Source of the DNA: Vitrella brassicaformis CCMP3155
Lineage: Eukaryota; Protista; Chromerida
Assembly: GCA_001179505.1 (NCBI GenBank)
Contig: CDMY01000495.1
Span: 1,257 to 65,256, forward strand
DNA: 64,000 bases
Reading direction: 5' to 3'
Shown piece by piece: positions 1-11,583 of the stretch. A program made the position numbers and the translations under genes. Numbering within the stretch: the stretch's first letter is position 1; each line of letters starts with the position of its first letter. The notes beneath the pieces are model-generated. The model was not told the DNA's origin and ran no database searches. It saw only the letters and a program-made list of their open reading frames with translations.

Positions 1-2861
1 GTTGGTTCCTTCCCGTTGCCCTCTTCTAGGAACTCCGCTGGCTGAGGCGGTGGGGATACACCCGCCGCCTCCTCACTATCAGCTGCTGCACCGTCGCCCC
101 CCTCTGCGCATGACTCATTGGCCGTGTCGACGTCGGATGCGTCGGTGGAAAGGATGATGAAGCCCTCGGGGGGCATGTCAACGCCTGAACGAAGAGGGAG
201 GAGGGAATCGCATGACACGAGGAGTCAGCTGCTCCGTTCCGGCGTTCGTCATGTCGTTCGCTGGCTACCATTGAGCAGTCCGTCTTCGTCGATCTTGACG
301 AGAGCTTCCCTGTTCTCACACTTGGAGGCCTCGTGAGACCAGTACGACGCACCGAGATTGCAGTAGCTGCCCTGAAAAGGGAAAGACAGAAATGATGATA
401 TGGGCGTGAGCGGCCTCTTCCCTCTCCACTGACCTTTGGCAGCGCTGTGGAGAAGGTGAAGTTGGTCGCCGCCAGTGAGGGGTGGAAGTTGAGGGCCACC
501 CACCCCCCACCGTCACACCTGCCTCCGCGCCCATAGGTGAGCACAGACTCCTGCAGCTCCGCCTTGGCCGCTGGGGCATCAAAATTATTAACCTCCACCA
601 GAGGGCCGTCACCCATGGCCTTCCGCAGACGGGGCAACGCTGATCGATCCCCACACAGACGGATGCACAAACGTGATGAGGGTCTGCATCTCTCTGTGTC
701 GTGTCGGTGTGTCCCTCACCGGCCAATGCCGGCAGTCGGTGTTCACAGTTGAAGTGCGTCCCATCCGTGTCGATCTGCGGCGTCGCGTCCCAACTACGGT
801 GGCTCTCGAGCACGTCGCCCCACAGCAGAGGAGCCGACCCATTGTGCTCGAATGACGGGCACTCGAGGGCAGACTCGGGGCTGTCCTCCTCATATCTCGG
901 TGGGCCCACCCAGCCATGCTCGTCAAATATGTCCCCCGTCAGCTCGATCAGACGGCGCGGCCAATCGTAGGAGGAATACAGCCTGCACACACAACAACAA
1001 CACCGCCACCACCACACCACACCACACCACACACCATGCGATGGGTGCATCCACGTGTGTGTCTGCAAAGATGGCTGTGTGCCGGTAGGTAGGTTGACCG
1101 TGGTGTGCCGTATGGCATTGTGAAGGTGAAAATGGTCAGCAGGACCCACTGGTTGGGGTGGCTCCAGGGCGACAGCATGTCCAGCTCGCAGCTGCTGTCG
1201 TTGTTGTGCAGCATCATTCCCTCACCGCTCTCAACCAACTCTGCACCATATCCCCAGGGAGAGAGAGACACACACCGATGAATGCATTGCATTGCATTGC
1301 ATTGGTGTGTGTGTGTGTATCTCGGAGACCTGTTCCGTTTTGGCACTTGTAGTCTTGTATGGCCGACATACCCACTGACCGCTCCGTGTCATGATTCGAC
1401 ACGAACGTCACTGCATTGCCAGACGGCAACGCATACCACGCTGCACCACCATTGATAAACAGCCACAACACGATGCAGTGCAGCCCATCCGATGGTTCCA
1501 ACACCTCTCCGCTTACATGAGTACTCGACCATGGCCTTCTCACTGAACCACTGCGGCAGAGTGTTCATGGCGAGGCACCTGCTCCCGCCCTCCCCCTCCC
1601 CCTCTGCCCCATCCTCCTCCTCCTCCCATATGTGCCGGGCCTTCCACGGACACAGACCGATCTCCCGCAGCCGGAAGGCCCAGTGGAAGAAGGTCACATT
1701 CGCACCCTCGTTGCCTCCTATGTTGATGTAGTCGGTGTTCCGGAGGCCCTCCTGGGGAGCCGAGAAGGTCGGCAGCACCTGCCACACAACACACACAACG
1801 CACTCCCATCATGACCGCGCTCCGTGACTGAGTGTGTCACGCCGATTTGGGATGCTCAGCCCAGCCTACCTCCGGCAGGATGAATGGCCGTTTCCCCGAT
1901 GCCGTCTGGTCCTGTGTCTTCTTGGCGACGTCGGGCAGGCCGTCAAAGATCTTATCCAGGTCGCCGGGCCACATGTGTTTGGCCGCATCGACGCGGAAAC
2001 CGCCCACACCCAGCTCAAGAAGGGCCTCCAGCCGACTCCTGAGCAGCCTCTGCACTTTGGGCGACTCGGTCTTCATGTCCGGCAGACCCGACAGCCCACA
2101 ATCCTTCACCTGCACCCATCCAACGAGAGCCGACACACGACACATGCTCGGCACACAGGCAGGTGTGCATGCGGAACACACCTGTTCGGCGTCGCCGTAG
2201 TCGTCGATTCCGCAAAGGTGGAAGTCCTCCTGCGTAAGGCTGAGGTGGGGAAAGGTGCTGTTGGGCACACACAGCTCCACCGAGGGGTCGAATATCTTGG
2301 CTGCGGCGGGGCATGGCGGGTACTCTTCGTCGTGAAAGGGGAGGGATGTGGCGGTGTCGCAGCAGTTGTCCATGGCGGCCAGGTGGTTCATGACCACATC
2401 GGCTATGATGAAGATGCCGCTGTCTGCGCACCGGTCGACCATGTTGCGCAGCTGGGTCTCGTTGCCCAGCCGGGAGTGGAACCGCCACGAGATGGGCTGA
2501 TACATCTCCTCCCTGCAGAGTGAATTGCACACACGGGATGCTGCCCACACACTGGCACCTGCAGTGCACTGACTGATGTTATGTGTGTTGCTTACCAGGG
2601 GTATATCTGTTTCTCGCCCAGGTCAGTCTCCCTATCCCCATTGATGCGCACGTGGCTGAAGACGGGGCTGATCTGTATGGCCGTCCAGCCATCACGGCCC
2701 AGCCTGCCGCACTCCTCTGCGATTGCGTCGTACGGCCACGCGAAGAGCTGGAGCAGAGATGCGGTAGATGCATCCGCTGGGCGAGAGAAGACCACCAGCA
2801 GCCACAGCAGCAACTTGAAGGCCCGAGTCAATAACGGCGCCCGTACAAAGCAAGAAGCCAT
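1..2861 (-). CDS. Secreted alpha-amylase (GH13, animal/actinobacterial type), multi-exon; 3' end runs off the window
   Basis: Signal-like N-terminus (LLLWLLVVFSRPADA); LLQLFAW, YQPISW, ADVVMNH (region I), GFRVDAAKH (II), FILPEV (III), FVSNHD (IV), PYGTPR/LYSSY, CEHR and GSYCN motifs on successive GT-AG exons. The last exon (GVDMPPEGFIILSTDA...GKEP) is open to base 1. Confidence 0.93.
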
Positions 2862-2948
2862 TATGGTGGAAAGGGACAGTTCCTCACATCTGGCGCTCTT
2901 GGCGCAGTGTAAGGATATGAAAAAGCCTCTTGCACCTTCTTGGGTTTT

Positions 2949-2983
2949 TGCGAGCTGAAGAAGGAGGGCTCACTTAGCTCGCA
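2949..2983. promoter_or_regulatory. Inverted pair of the AGCTCGCA motif in the amylase/TUTase divergent spacer
   Basis: TGCGAGCT at 2949-2956 and AGCTCGCA at 2976-2983, 19 bp apart; the same 8-mer recurs in four other divergent spacers. Confidence 0.5.
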
Positions 2984-3169
2984 GATGACAAGAACGGAGA
3001 TCTGGGAAGCGCCACCGTACCAGGCTGCTCGTGTTGATGGCGTGAGGGTAAGGCAGCGAAGGATCCATTGAGATCCGCCGTGCATCACTCATCGCGTGTG
3101 TATGCGGGTTCCTGTTCAGGTCCATGCAGCAGTTGATGGATCTCTGAGGAGTCAGCTGTGGTTTGCTGA

Positions 3170-6100
3170 ATGAAGTGGTGGGGTCTGCAAGGCTGGGCGC
3201 TGCTCGACAGCCTCCTGTCGGCACCACCAACGTCGGCACTCGACACGCCGCCGCTGGACCACCATCAGCATCATCGGCATTATGCTGAGGGGGCCTCGGC
3301 CTTCATCCCAATCAGCCCGTCGCTGGTGCCGCGGGCGACCTCATTTCGAAGGCGCATCAGGCGGCACTGTACAGTCCACTATGCCTCGGAGGCATCGACG
3401 GCCACCGGCAAGAAGCGCGGAAGGAGGAAGCAGACCGGTGACGGTGATGGTGACGGTGACAGTGACGGTGACAGTGACAATGGGGCAGCCGCGGCTGTCG
3501 ACCTTAGGACAGCAAGCAGGCAGAAGAAGACCGCCTACAGGCGGCTGAAGGTGATCAAGAAGTACGCCAACTCGGCATCATCTGCTGCTAAACCATCGTC
3601 GGGCGCAAGTACAAGCCCACCAGCCGTCCCCCTGCCGCCGCTCCCCTCCCCNNNNNNNNNNNNNNNNNNNNNNNNNNNNNNNNNNNNNNNNNNNNNNNNN
3701 NNNNNNNNNNNNNNNNNNNNNNNNNNNNNNNNNNNNNNNNNNNNNNNNNNNNNNNNNNNNNNNNNNNNNNNNNNNNNNNNNNNNNNNNNNNNNNNNNNNN
3801 NNNNNNNNNNNNNNNNNNNNNNNNNNNNNNNNNNNNNNNNNNNNNNNNNNNNNNNNNNNNNNNNNNNNNNNNNNNNNNNNNNNNNNNNNNNNNNNNNNNN
3901 NNNNNNNNNNNNNNNNNNNNNNNNNNNNNNNNNNNNNNNNNNNNNNNNNNNCCCTCTCTCAGAAGCCGATGACGGCGCCTCCTCGGCCATCGATCGTCTG
4001 CTAAGCCGGCTTGGCGACAAGGACAGGGACAAGCAGGCAGACAACACATACGCCGTGCCCCAGACACTAGCGAATCTGCCGCCCGTCAAGCCGCTGGCCG
4101 AGAGGAACACCGAGAGGAAGGACCTCTATGGCTGGGCTGACCGATTGGCGCAGCAGACTGACCTGCCGCCACCGCCCTCATTTCCACCCATTTACGATGC
4201 CTACGACCGCCCACCGAGGAGCAGGCGCCCGGGCGGCTTTACCAGCGGCAGCAGCAGCTCGTCATCAGGTCTGGGGATGTTTCTGCCCGACTTTGGCGAT
4301 GAGAAGGTTGAGAATGGCGTGGTTGTGACCGGGAGGAAACGCCGCCCGCTGATAGTTGAGCTGCCGGCTCCCGGCCCCCCGCGGCCGCACAGACACGAGG
4401 AGACCATACTCAACCTGATTGAGGGCAACAGGGGCGAGGGGCTGCTTCAGGTGGGTGAGAATGACTGACTGACTCAATGCTGACCAGCATGCAGAGCAGC
4501 GGACGCCAATGTATGTGTGGGTGTGTTGTGTTGTGTGGGTGCAGGGTGGCTGGCTTGCACCGACGCTTCAAGAAGAAGCGTCAGCTCGCGACGAAGGACC
4601 GAGCGCGCCTCTGCGCCAGTCGTCGAGGCGCCGTCGAGTGTGGATCACTCAGGGCAAGACGGAATGGCCACGGGACGATGCAGTCGCGTAAGTGAGGGAG
4701 AAGGGAATGCGTGCAGACACACGGTGCTGACGGATCCATATCATTCACAAACCTGTCCGTCCGCTTTTCGTTTCAGTGTGCTGCAGAGGGAGCTGGATCT
4801 CTTCCGGAGGTCAGGGGTGTCGGCTCTGGCCGTCACTCTCCACCCACACCCCACCAGCCTCACCAGGCAAGAAACACAGACAACAAAACAGCGAGCCAGC
4901 CTGAGCTGCCGACATCATCCATTCCATCGTTACGTGTGTGTGTGTGTGCGTGTGTGTGTATGTGTGCAGGATGCCCAGCACGTCAGTGCTGCACCTGTCC
5001 TTCTTGCACACGGCCGGCAAGAATGGGGGCGATGGTGGGGACAAGTGTGAGGAGAAGCACCTGCTGCTGGATCTCGGCTGTCTGCTGGCTGGCTCCAACG
5101 ATGTGCGTGAGAGCGTCCTGGCCGAGCTGAAGGACCTCATGGAGGACCCGGCCGTCACCAAAGTAGTGCACAACGCCAGCCCTATCATCATTCGGTGGGG
5201 GAGAGAGAGGAAGACAGAGAGAGAGACGGAGACGGCCAGTCGGCATCTCTGTCCATCCATCCGTCCTCTTTTGTCAGTCTGCAGCGGGAGTGGGGTCTCT
5301 ACATTGTCAACATATTCGACACCGTTGTGGCGGGACAGAGGCTCAACATGCTACCCACCAAAGTGGCGGACCGACGAAGCGTCGCTCGCAACGCAAACAA
5401 CCAGCCACAGCCACAGCAGCCCCCTCTATCCTTCGGCGGCCTCATGGAGCCGGCACCGGCAGCAGAGCCACGCGACCTTGTGTCTGAGTATGTGTCGTTC
5501 GATCCGTCCCCCAGTGGTGTGTGGGATTGGAACCAGGCTGTCGAGGGGCTGGAGCACCTCTGCCGCCAATGCTGCCCTGAAATGAAAGGCGTTTTGACCA
5601 TCGAGGACGACGTTGAAAGTGACGAAGGCGAGCAGCAGCAGGAGCAGCAGCAGGAGGGAGGCAGCAGCGACAGTGATCTCTCGGGCATCTTGGGCAGCAC
5701 AGCAGAAGCGGCACCCGTATCTGAGTGGCATCTGATGGGGACCGAGAGCCGGGCTGTGGTGCCTGCGGACCTGCCGATGCCCCGCTCAGTGGAGCTGTCC
5801 ATGATGCAGTGGGGCACTATGCTGCTGCACCTTCACCACCACCTGTCCGCCCGGCTGCGGCAGGACCACCTGGCTTTCATGGCGCGGCGTGAGGACGGCG
5901 CGCGCGAGGGCGATGACGCCGATGGCTTGACGGAGGATGAGCTCGACGAGGAGGAGGATATGCAGGAAGGGGACGAGAGTGACGACAGGGCTGAGAGCTC
6001 GAAGGCCGAGATGGCCCACAGAGATGCACAGCGGCTGACGCTCAGAGAAGGTGAGTGTGGGCAGCGAGACAGCGAGGGGATGGGGACTGGGGCCACAAAC

Positions 6101-8661
6101 TTTGTGTCGTCTGTGTGTTCAGTCGTGTACCTCCCCCGATGTCGCGGTCCCCGTGTTTTGAATGCCATCGAGCTGCGAATCGCCCATCAGCTGCTCAACT
6201 ACAGGTGCGGATCCCTCGACACGTACACACGGACAGACACAGGCATAAAGATTCCCCCTCTGTGTGTGTGTGTGTGTGTGTGTGCAGAGCGTCCGACATC
6301 AGTCCGTTCCACCGTTACCTGTTGGCTGACGAGAGCATCCTTGAGCTGAGCCAGAAGGCCCTGACCAACCCCAGGATACCCAACAAGTACCTCCCCATAT
6401 GGGACGACGTCTTCGCCAAGATCAAGACCCTCCGCGACACGCACCGGGCCGTCACCCACCTGTTCGTCTCAGAAAGGAGAATCCTACGCAACCAAGACGT
6501 CTATGAGGTAGGCAGGCCAAGAGGCAGCAAAAGGGTGGTGGAAGACATTGACAGGGACATTCTCTCATTGCTTGCTTGTGTCGCCTGTCGGTGTGTGTCT
6601 GCAGACGTTGCAGCGGTTGCGTCTGCGGATCAGCCAGCAGATCCCCTGGTGGCACCTGACTTCGATGCACACGGGATCCCATACCTTCGGGGGCCGCAAG
6701 GCTATGGCCGCCACACCCCAGGAGGCCGCCCAGCAGCGGGCCATGCTCGAGCAGGACATGTACAGGCTGTTTCGCGAGCAGCTGGAGCCGCCAGCCGACG
6801 AAAGCAGAGTCCGAGAGGACCTCCGGCAACGCGTGAGTGGCCCATCCATCCATCCATCCATCCATCCACACACACATAGGGAGGCACTATCACCTTCGAA
6901 GACACATGATCTCTCTGTCTGTGTGTTTTTGTATATGTGTGTATGTGTGTGTATGCAGCTGGAGACACTGCTTCAGTCGTCTGGTCGTGCGGGCTGGTCC
7001 GACATCTCTCTGCAGCTGTACGGGTCGTCGGTCAACCAGTTCGGCGGGCGGGAGGCCGACGTCGATCTGCTGTGCCAGTCGCCAGACCGCGACCACCACG
7101 AGATCCTCATGGGTGACCAGAATGCGATGGCAAAGGTCACACGTCTGTTCGAGAACGGCACACTGGAGCTGGACATGAGGGCGCCGATCGACGTGGCGAC
7201 GCTGCCAATGCCCGTGCCAGCCAAGGATGAGGATGGCGAGCAGCGTGGGGCGGCTGAGAGTGATGAGGAGGGGGCGAGACGAGAGCCGTTGAGGGTGCAG
7301 AGGATCGCTGAAGTGCTCGAGCAGGGCGGATATGAGAACGTAAGTAAAGCAAGGCACCGACGGCAGGACAGGACGCCCACACATGAGTGGGTGGGCGGGA
7401 TCGTGCGGGCGTGGCGTGCATACGTAGGTCACGTGGATCGCCAAGACTAAGGCGCCGATCGTCAAGTTCGTCGACCCCGTGAGCGGGTTGGAGGGCGACA
7501 TCGGCATACAGAACCGCCTCCCCATTCACAACACCGACCTGCTGGCCACTTACGCGCAGGCTCACCCAATCGTAAGACTCAACGAAGAGACAGGCGGAGT
7601 CGTGCTTCCGTAGACGTGTCTAAAGATATCGTGTGAATGTTCGCGGTTGTGGCTGTGCTGTGCAGGTGCGCCCATTTGTGTACTTGGTCAAACATTGGGC
7701 CAAGTCGCGGGGCATCAACAACCCCAAGTGAGTGAGAAACCAGATGATAATTAATTAAGTCAAGTCATCGCCTTGTTCCTTTGTGTGTCCTTCCTTCCTT
7801 CCTTGGTTTGTTCGTTCAGGATCGGCTTGGGTTTCAGCAGCTACGCGTACGTGTTGATGGCGCTGTTTGTGCTGCAGCGTGAGGGCATCATCCCGTCTTA
7901 CCAGCAGCTGCCCTGCAACGCTGGCGCACTCGTGTGGCACCAGGGCAGCTGGTACGACTGCCGCTACCACACACCCGCACACGACACGCAGCGGGACCAC
8001 CACAACCACCACCAGCAGCAGCAGGGGTCCGCCCCCGAGGTGTCGTTGGCCAGCCTCCTGCTCCGGTTCTTCGACTTTTACGCCAACTTCTTCGATCCGG
8101 AGAGGGACGTGGTATGGACATATAGATGGACAAACAGACGGAGGGAGGGCAGTGGTCCATCCATCTTCCTTGCTGTTGACGTTTTGTGTGCAGGTGAGCG
8201 TTCGTGAGGGCCGCCTGCTGTCCAAGTACGAGAAGGGGTGGCACATCCGGTCGCCCATGGCCAGCCACTTCTGGCCTGTCGAAGACCCTTTCGAGACCGA
8301 GGTGAGTCAGCGGGAGAGAGAGGGAGGGCTGCATGTGCCCTCTCTGATCCCTCCCTCTGTCTGTCCCTGGTTCCTGTGTGTTTTCGTGTGTGTCAGATTG
8401 ACTTGAGTCGTGTGATGCGAGACCGCGAGGCGATTGACGTGGTGCTGTATGAGTTCCAGAGGGCGCACCTCATGCTTGATGCAGGGTGGGGCAACAGACC
8501 ACACAAGAGCAGAGCACACTACACAGGAGGATGTCCATTCCTGACTTGCTCTGTGTGTGGATGGATGGATGGATGGATGCAGGCAGTCGCTGTCGTCGTT
8601 GCTGGAGCCGTGCGACGAGCTGCCCACCATGGCGGACACGACTGTGAGACAGCTCGTCTAG
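3170..8661 (+). CDS. Cid1/TUTase-family RNA nucleotidyltransferase with an upstream degenerate RNase D-like 3'-5' exonuclease domain, an HRDC-like segment and a putative bipartite organellar presequence
   Basis: YGSSVNQFG..ADVD (7018-7066), third Asp in EGDIG (7497), LVKHWAKSRGINNP, GFSSYAYVLM, LLRFFDFY, and PAP-associated VEDPFETE/IDLSR. Upstream LKDLMEDPAVTKVVHNA..NIFDT is exonuclease-like. N-terminus has hydrophobic start, ASAF, then an R/S/P-rich stretch. Gene contains an N gap. Confidence 0.88.
3652..3951. other. Assembly gap (300 N)
   Basis: N run flanked by C-rich sequence. Confidence 1.
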
Positions 8662-9011
8662 GCCTGAAGGACAGCTACATACCTTAGGCCATCAAATGCC
8701 AGCCAGACCAGTCCAGTGTGGAAAATCAGGCAGATCCATGTCATGTTGTGGCTGATGCGCGATATCGATGTGACGATACATAGCTATAGACAGGCGTGCA
8801 GCATGCATGATCGATGTCGTATAAAGCTCTGCATTATTCACGCAACACATTCATTCATTCAGTCAAGATTGAATTACACAATTTGTCGACACACCCACAC
8901 ATCGATCCGATCCACATGTCTGCGTATACACATACAAATAAGCGACGTGTGTTTGTCAGTCCGATTCAAGGATTGCTCGGGCGGCGCACGTGTGACTGAA
9001 GCAAAACCGTG

Positions 9012-10065
9012 ATGGCGCTCAAGATGGTGCTCGTCGCTCTGTGTGCGGTGGCCATGGCGGCTGCCGGCAGTCTCCGCCACAATCAGGCACGGCTGGCGCC
9101 ATCGCTGGAAGACGAGATCAACCAGGAGGCCACGCAGCAGTTCAACTACCTCATCGGCCACAACTACTTCTTCGAATGCCCCGACGCCGTTGTTCTCGAC
9201 ACGGAGGCAATGGTGGGCAGACGGAGAGGGCAATGCACTGTGCTCGTCTCTCAAAGGGGATTGTTGAATATCAGGGGATTGTTGACATGGTCAGTGCTGA
9301 GCAGCAGTGCGTGTCGAATCCAAGCTGCACTTACTTTCTCTGGTCAGCCGGATAAACACTCAGACACAGACAGACAGACAGAGACATTCACACGTGCAGG
9401 AATCCAGAGAAGAAGCAGCTGTACATCTGCAAGGACAGGGGATTCGAAAGAGCCACCACACAGTTCGGGTCAGTCAGACAATCACAGAGATACACTCACC
9501 CGTGTCTCTTGTGTCAGGTGGACGATGGGTGTGAAGCCCTCGATGGTGGATGTGTCAGCAGGCGCCTACCGCATCATCCGCAACGAGCAGGCCATCTGTG
9601 CCGAGCCTAATATCATCAAGACGAAGGCCGTATCCGCACTCTCACAGGCCGCCGCTGGTCAGTCATGACAAAACTCACCAGAGACACACACACACACCAC
9701 GTGGTGTGTCGTTCGTGTGGCAGAGTGTGACAAGGAGCCCCGTTGCTCGCACTTTTCCATGAACCTATTGGCTGGTGGCGAAGTCGGGCCCACGGCAGGC
9801 AGCCACGAGGTTGTGTTTTGTTCCGGCCAGCTGGAGAGACTCAGCATCGATGGCTTTGTCGTTGGCGTCAAGCAGACGGGCGTGAGGGGACCACCCAGAG
9901 CAGCACGAGCGCTGGCTGCACCATGGTCTGTCTGCTTGATCAGATCGGCACATCACATTCAGACACGTGCTCTCCCTGCCTGTGTGTACGGTGCTTGTGC
10001 AGCGACATCAACGGCCCGATCACCCACACAGGCGACATATTCGCACCGGCGACGGCCGCGGGTGA
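9012..10065 (+). CDS. Secreted protein with two PAN/apple-like Cys repeats
   Basis: Clear signal peptide MALKMVLVALCAVAMAAA; spliced repeats CVSNPSCTYFLW..YIC..GWTMGVK and CDKEPRCSHFSM..VFC..GFVVGVK; intron phases are consistent. Fold assignment is by pattern only. Confidence 0.6.
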
Positions 10066-10259
10066 GGCGAAGCAGGGCGAGCAGGGCCTTAGACATCAGG
10101 GACCCTGCGAAGAGAGATGTCTATGTTGTGTGTCGTGCTATGTTGTGTCGTTGTGCTTCTGCGGAAACATGGATATGATCTGTTGTTATTAAAGACATTT
10201 AATTAAACGACTGTCCATCCGTACCTACGACTGTGTGTCCGTCTACGAGCGGCCAAGCT

Positions 10260-11265
10260 TTATACGGACGGGGCCTGCTTCCACAACTCATCTACCCACT
10301 CCGCCCACGCAGGGTTCGCCACACGATACTTTTCGACCTCGGCCACCTTGTCGCCTTCCTTCACCCCCGGCGGCAGCGGGATCATCTGGATCATCTGGAT
10401 CAGCCGGCCCTGCCAGGTCTCAGCCCACATGCTGCCCTCCGGTGGTGCCAGTTCTGCTGTGGGCTCCTCCTCTTTCTTCTCGTACTGCTTGAGCAATTCT
10501 GTTGTTTCGGGCGTCAGCAGCACCTTCAGATCGCCTCCCTCCAAAGCTGCCCGCAGATTTGCAAAGGTGACTGGCTTGCCGCTGTTGTCTTGCTCCTCCT
10601 CCACCTCATCGTCAGCCGCTGAGCCGCCCTTCTTTCCTTTGCCCTTGCCGCCCTTCTTGCCCTTGCCGCCCTTCTTCCCGCCGTCCTCCCCTTTGCCCTT
10701 CCCTTTGCCCGCCTTGGCCGACTGTTTGGCCGTCTTGTTGATGGTCTTCTTCACACGGAGAGCGTCGCGATGGTCCAATATCTTCTGCGTGAGCCTGGGT
10801 GCGACCACCTGGGTCAAACAAGCGGACACACTGCCAGACTCCATGAAGCAGCGCATCCCCTTCTCTCGCACACCTTTTTTGGCGTTGGTTTCTTCTCCAG
10901 CTCCTGCCCGACCGACAATATGACGTATCCAGAATCACCAAACAGCTCTTTCAACCCGTAATCGCTGCACCACACACATGCCATCAAAATCTTTTGGCTC
11001 TGCAGGTGCATTCTTCTTACGTTTCGGCCCGCAGGTCCACTGGCGGCGTCACTGAGTAACACAAACGCCAATTCTCCGAGACCAGCTTCAGTTCGCCATC
11101 CTTTATGATTACGTAGCCATCCTTGCGGCTCACGTCCAGCGAGTTCATTTTTTTGTCGAAGCCACCGAGTTTCTCGCCGATATCTATGTACTCCACCTCG
11201 AACACGCGTGTTTGCGCTGCACTGCAGCCCACCGAGAGGACCAGGAAAACGAAAACTGTCATCAT
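10260..11265 (-). CDS. Hypothetical secreted protein with a G/K-rich low-complexity insert (3 exons)
   Basis: Signal peptide MMTVFVFLVLSVGCSA; introns (AC|gtaag...cag|C and AAG|gtgtgc...cag|GTG) join in frame; GKGKGKKGG repeat; no family recognised. Confidence 0.7.
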
Positions 11266-11394
11266 ATTGGAGGGCAGATGCATCAATTTACATGACGGCG
11301 GGGATGGCCGCATGTGTCATTCGAGCAGGGCAGGCAGCGTGACGGTCTGTCTCTCTGTCCGTCTGTCTGTCTGTCTGTATGTCTGTCGCCCTCT

Positions 11395-11575
11395 CATCCA
11401 TGCATCCTTTTGTCCATCCATCCATTCACCATCCATCCATCCACCCATCTGTCTGTCTGTCCGTCTGTCTGGCCATTCATTCACCCATCCACAGCAGGGT
11501 ATGTCCATGTGACCGTCCATCCATTGATCCATCCATCCATTGATCCATCCATTGATCCATCCATCCATCCATTGC
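11395..11575. repeat. (TCCA)n/(TCTG)n microsatellite-rich intergenic tract
   Basis: Repeated tccatccatcca/ttgatcca units read directly. Confidence 0.85.
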
Positions 11576-11583
11576 TCAGGCAG

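Noticed and set aside
115-117. Apparent amylase stop codon near base 115
   Set aside because: Re-reading the frame gives ...DTANESCAEG..., open to the window edge.
1834-2523. 229-aa plus-strand ORF and similar long antisense ORFs (e.g. 37273-38355 shadows, 46003-46516, 60109-60555)
   Set aside because: They are antisense shadows of GC-rich coding exons with clear family motifs on the other strand.
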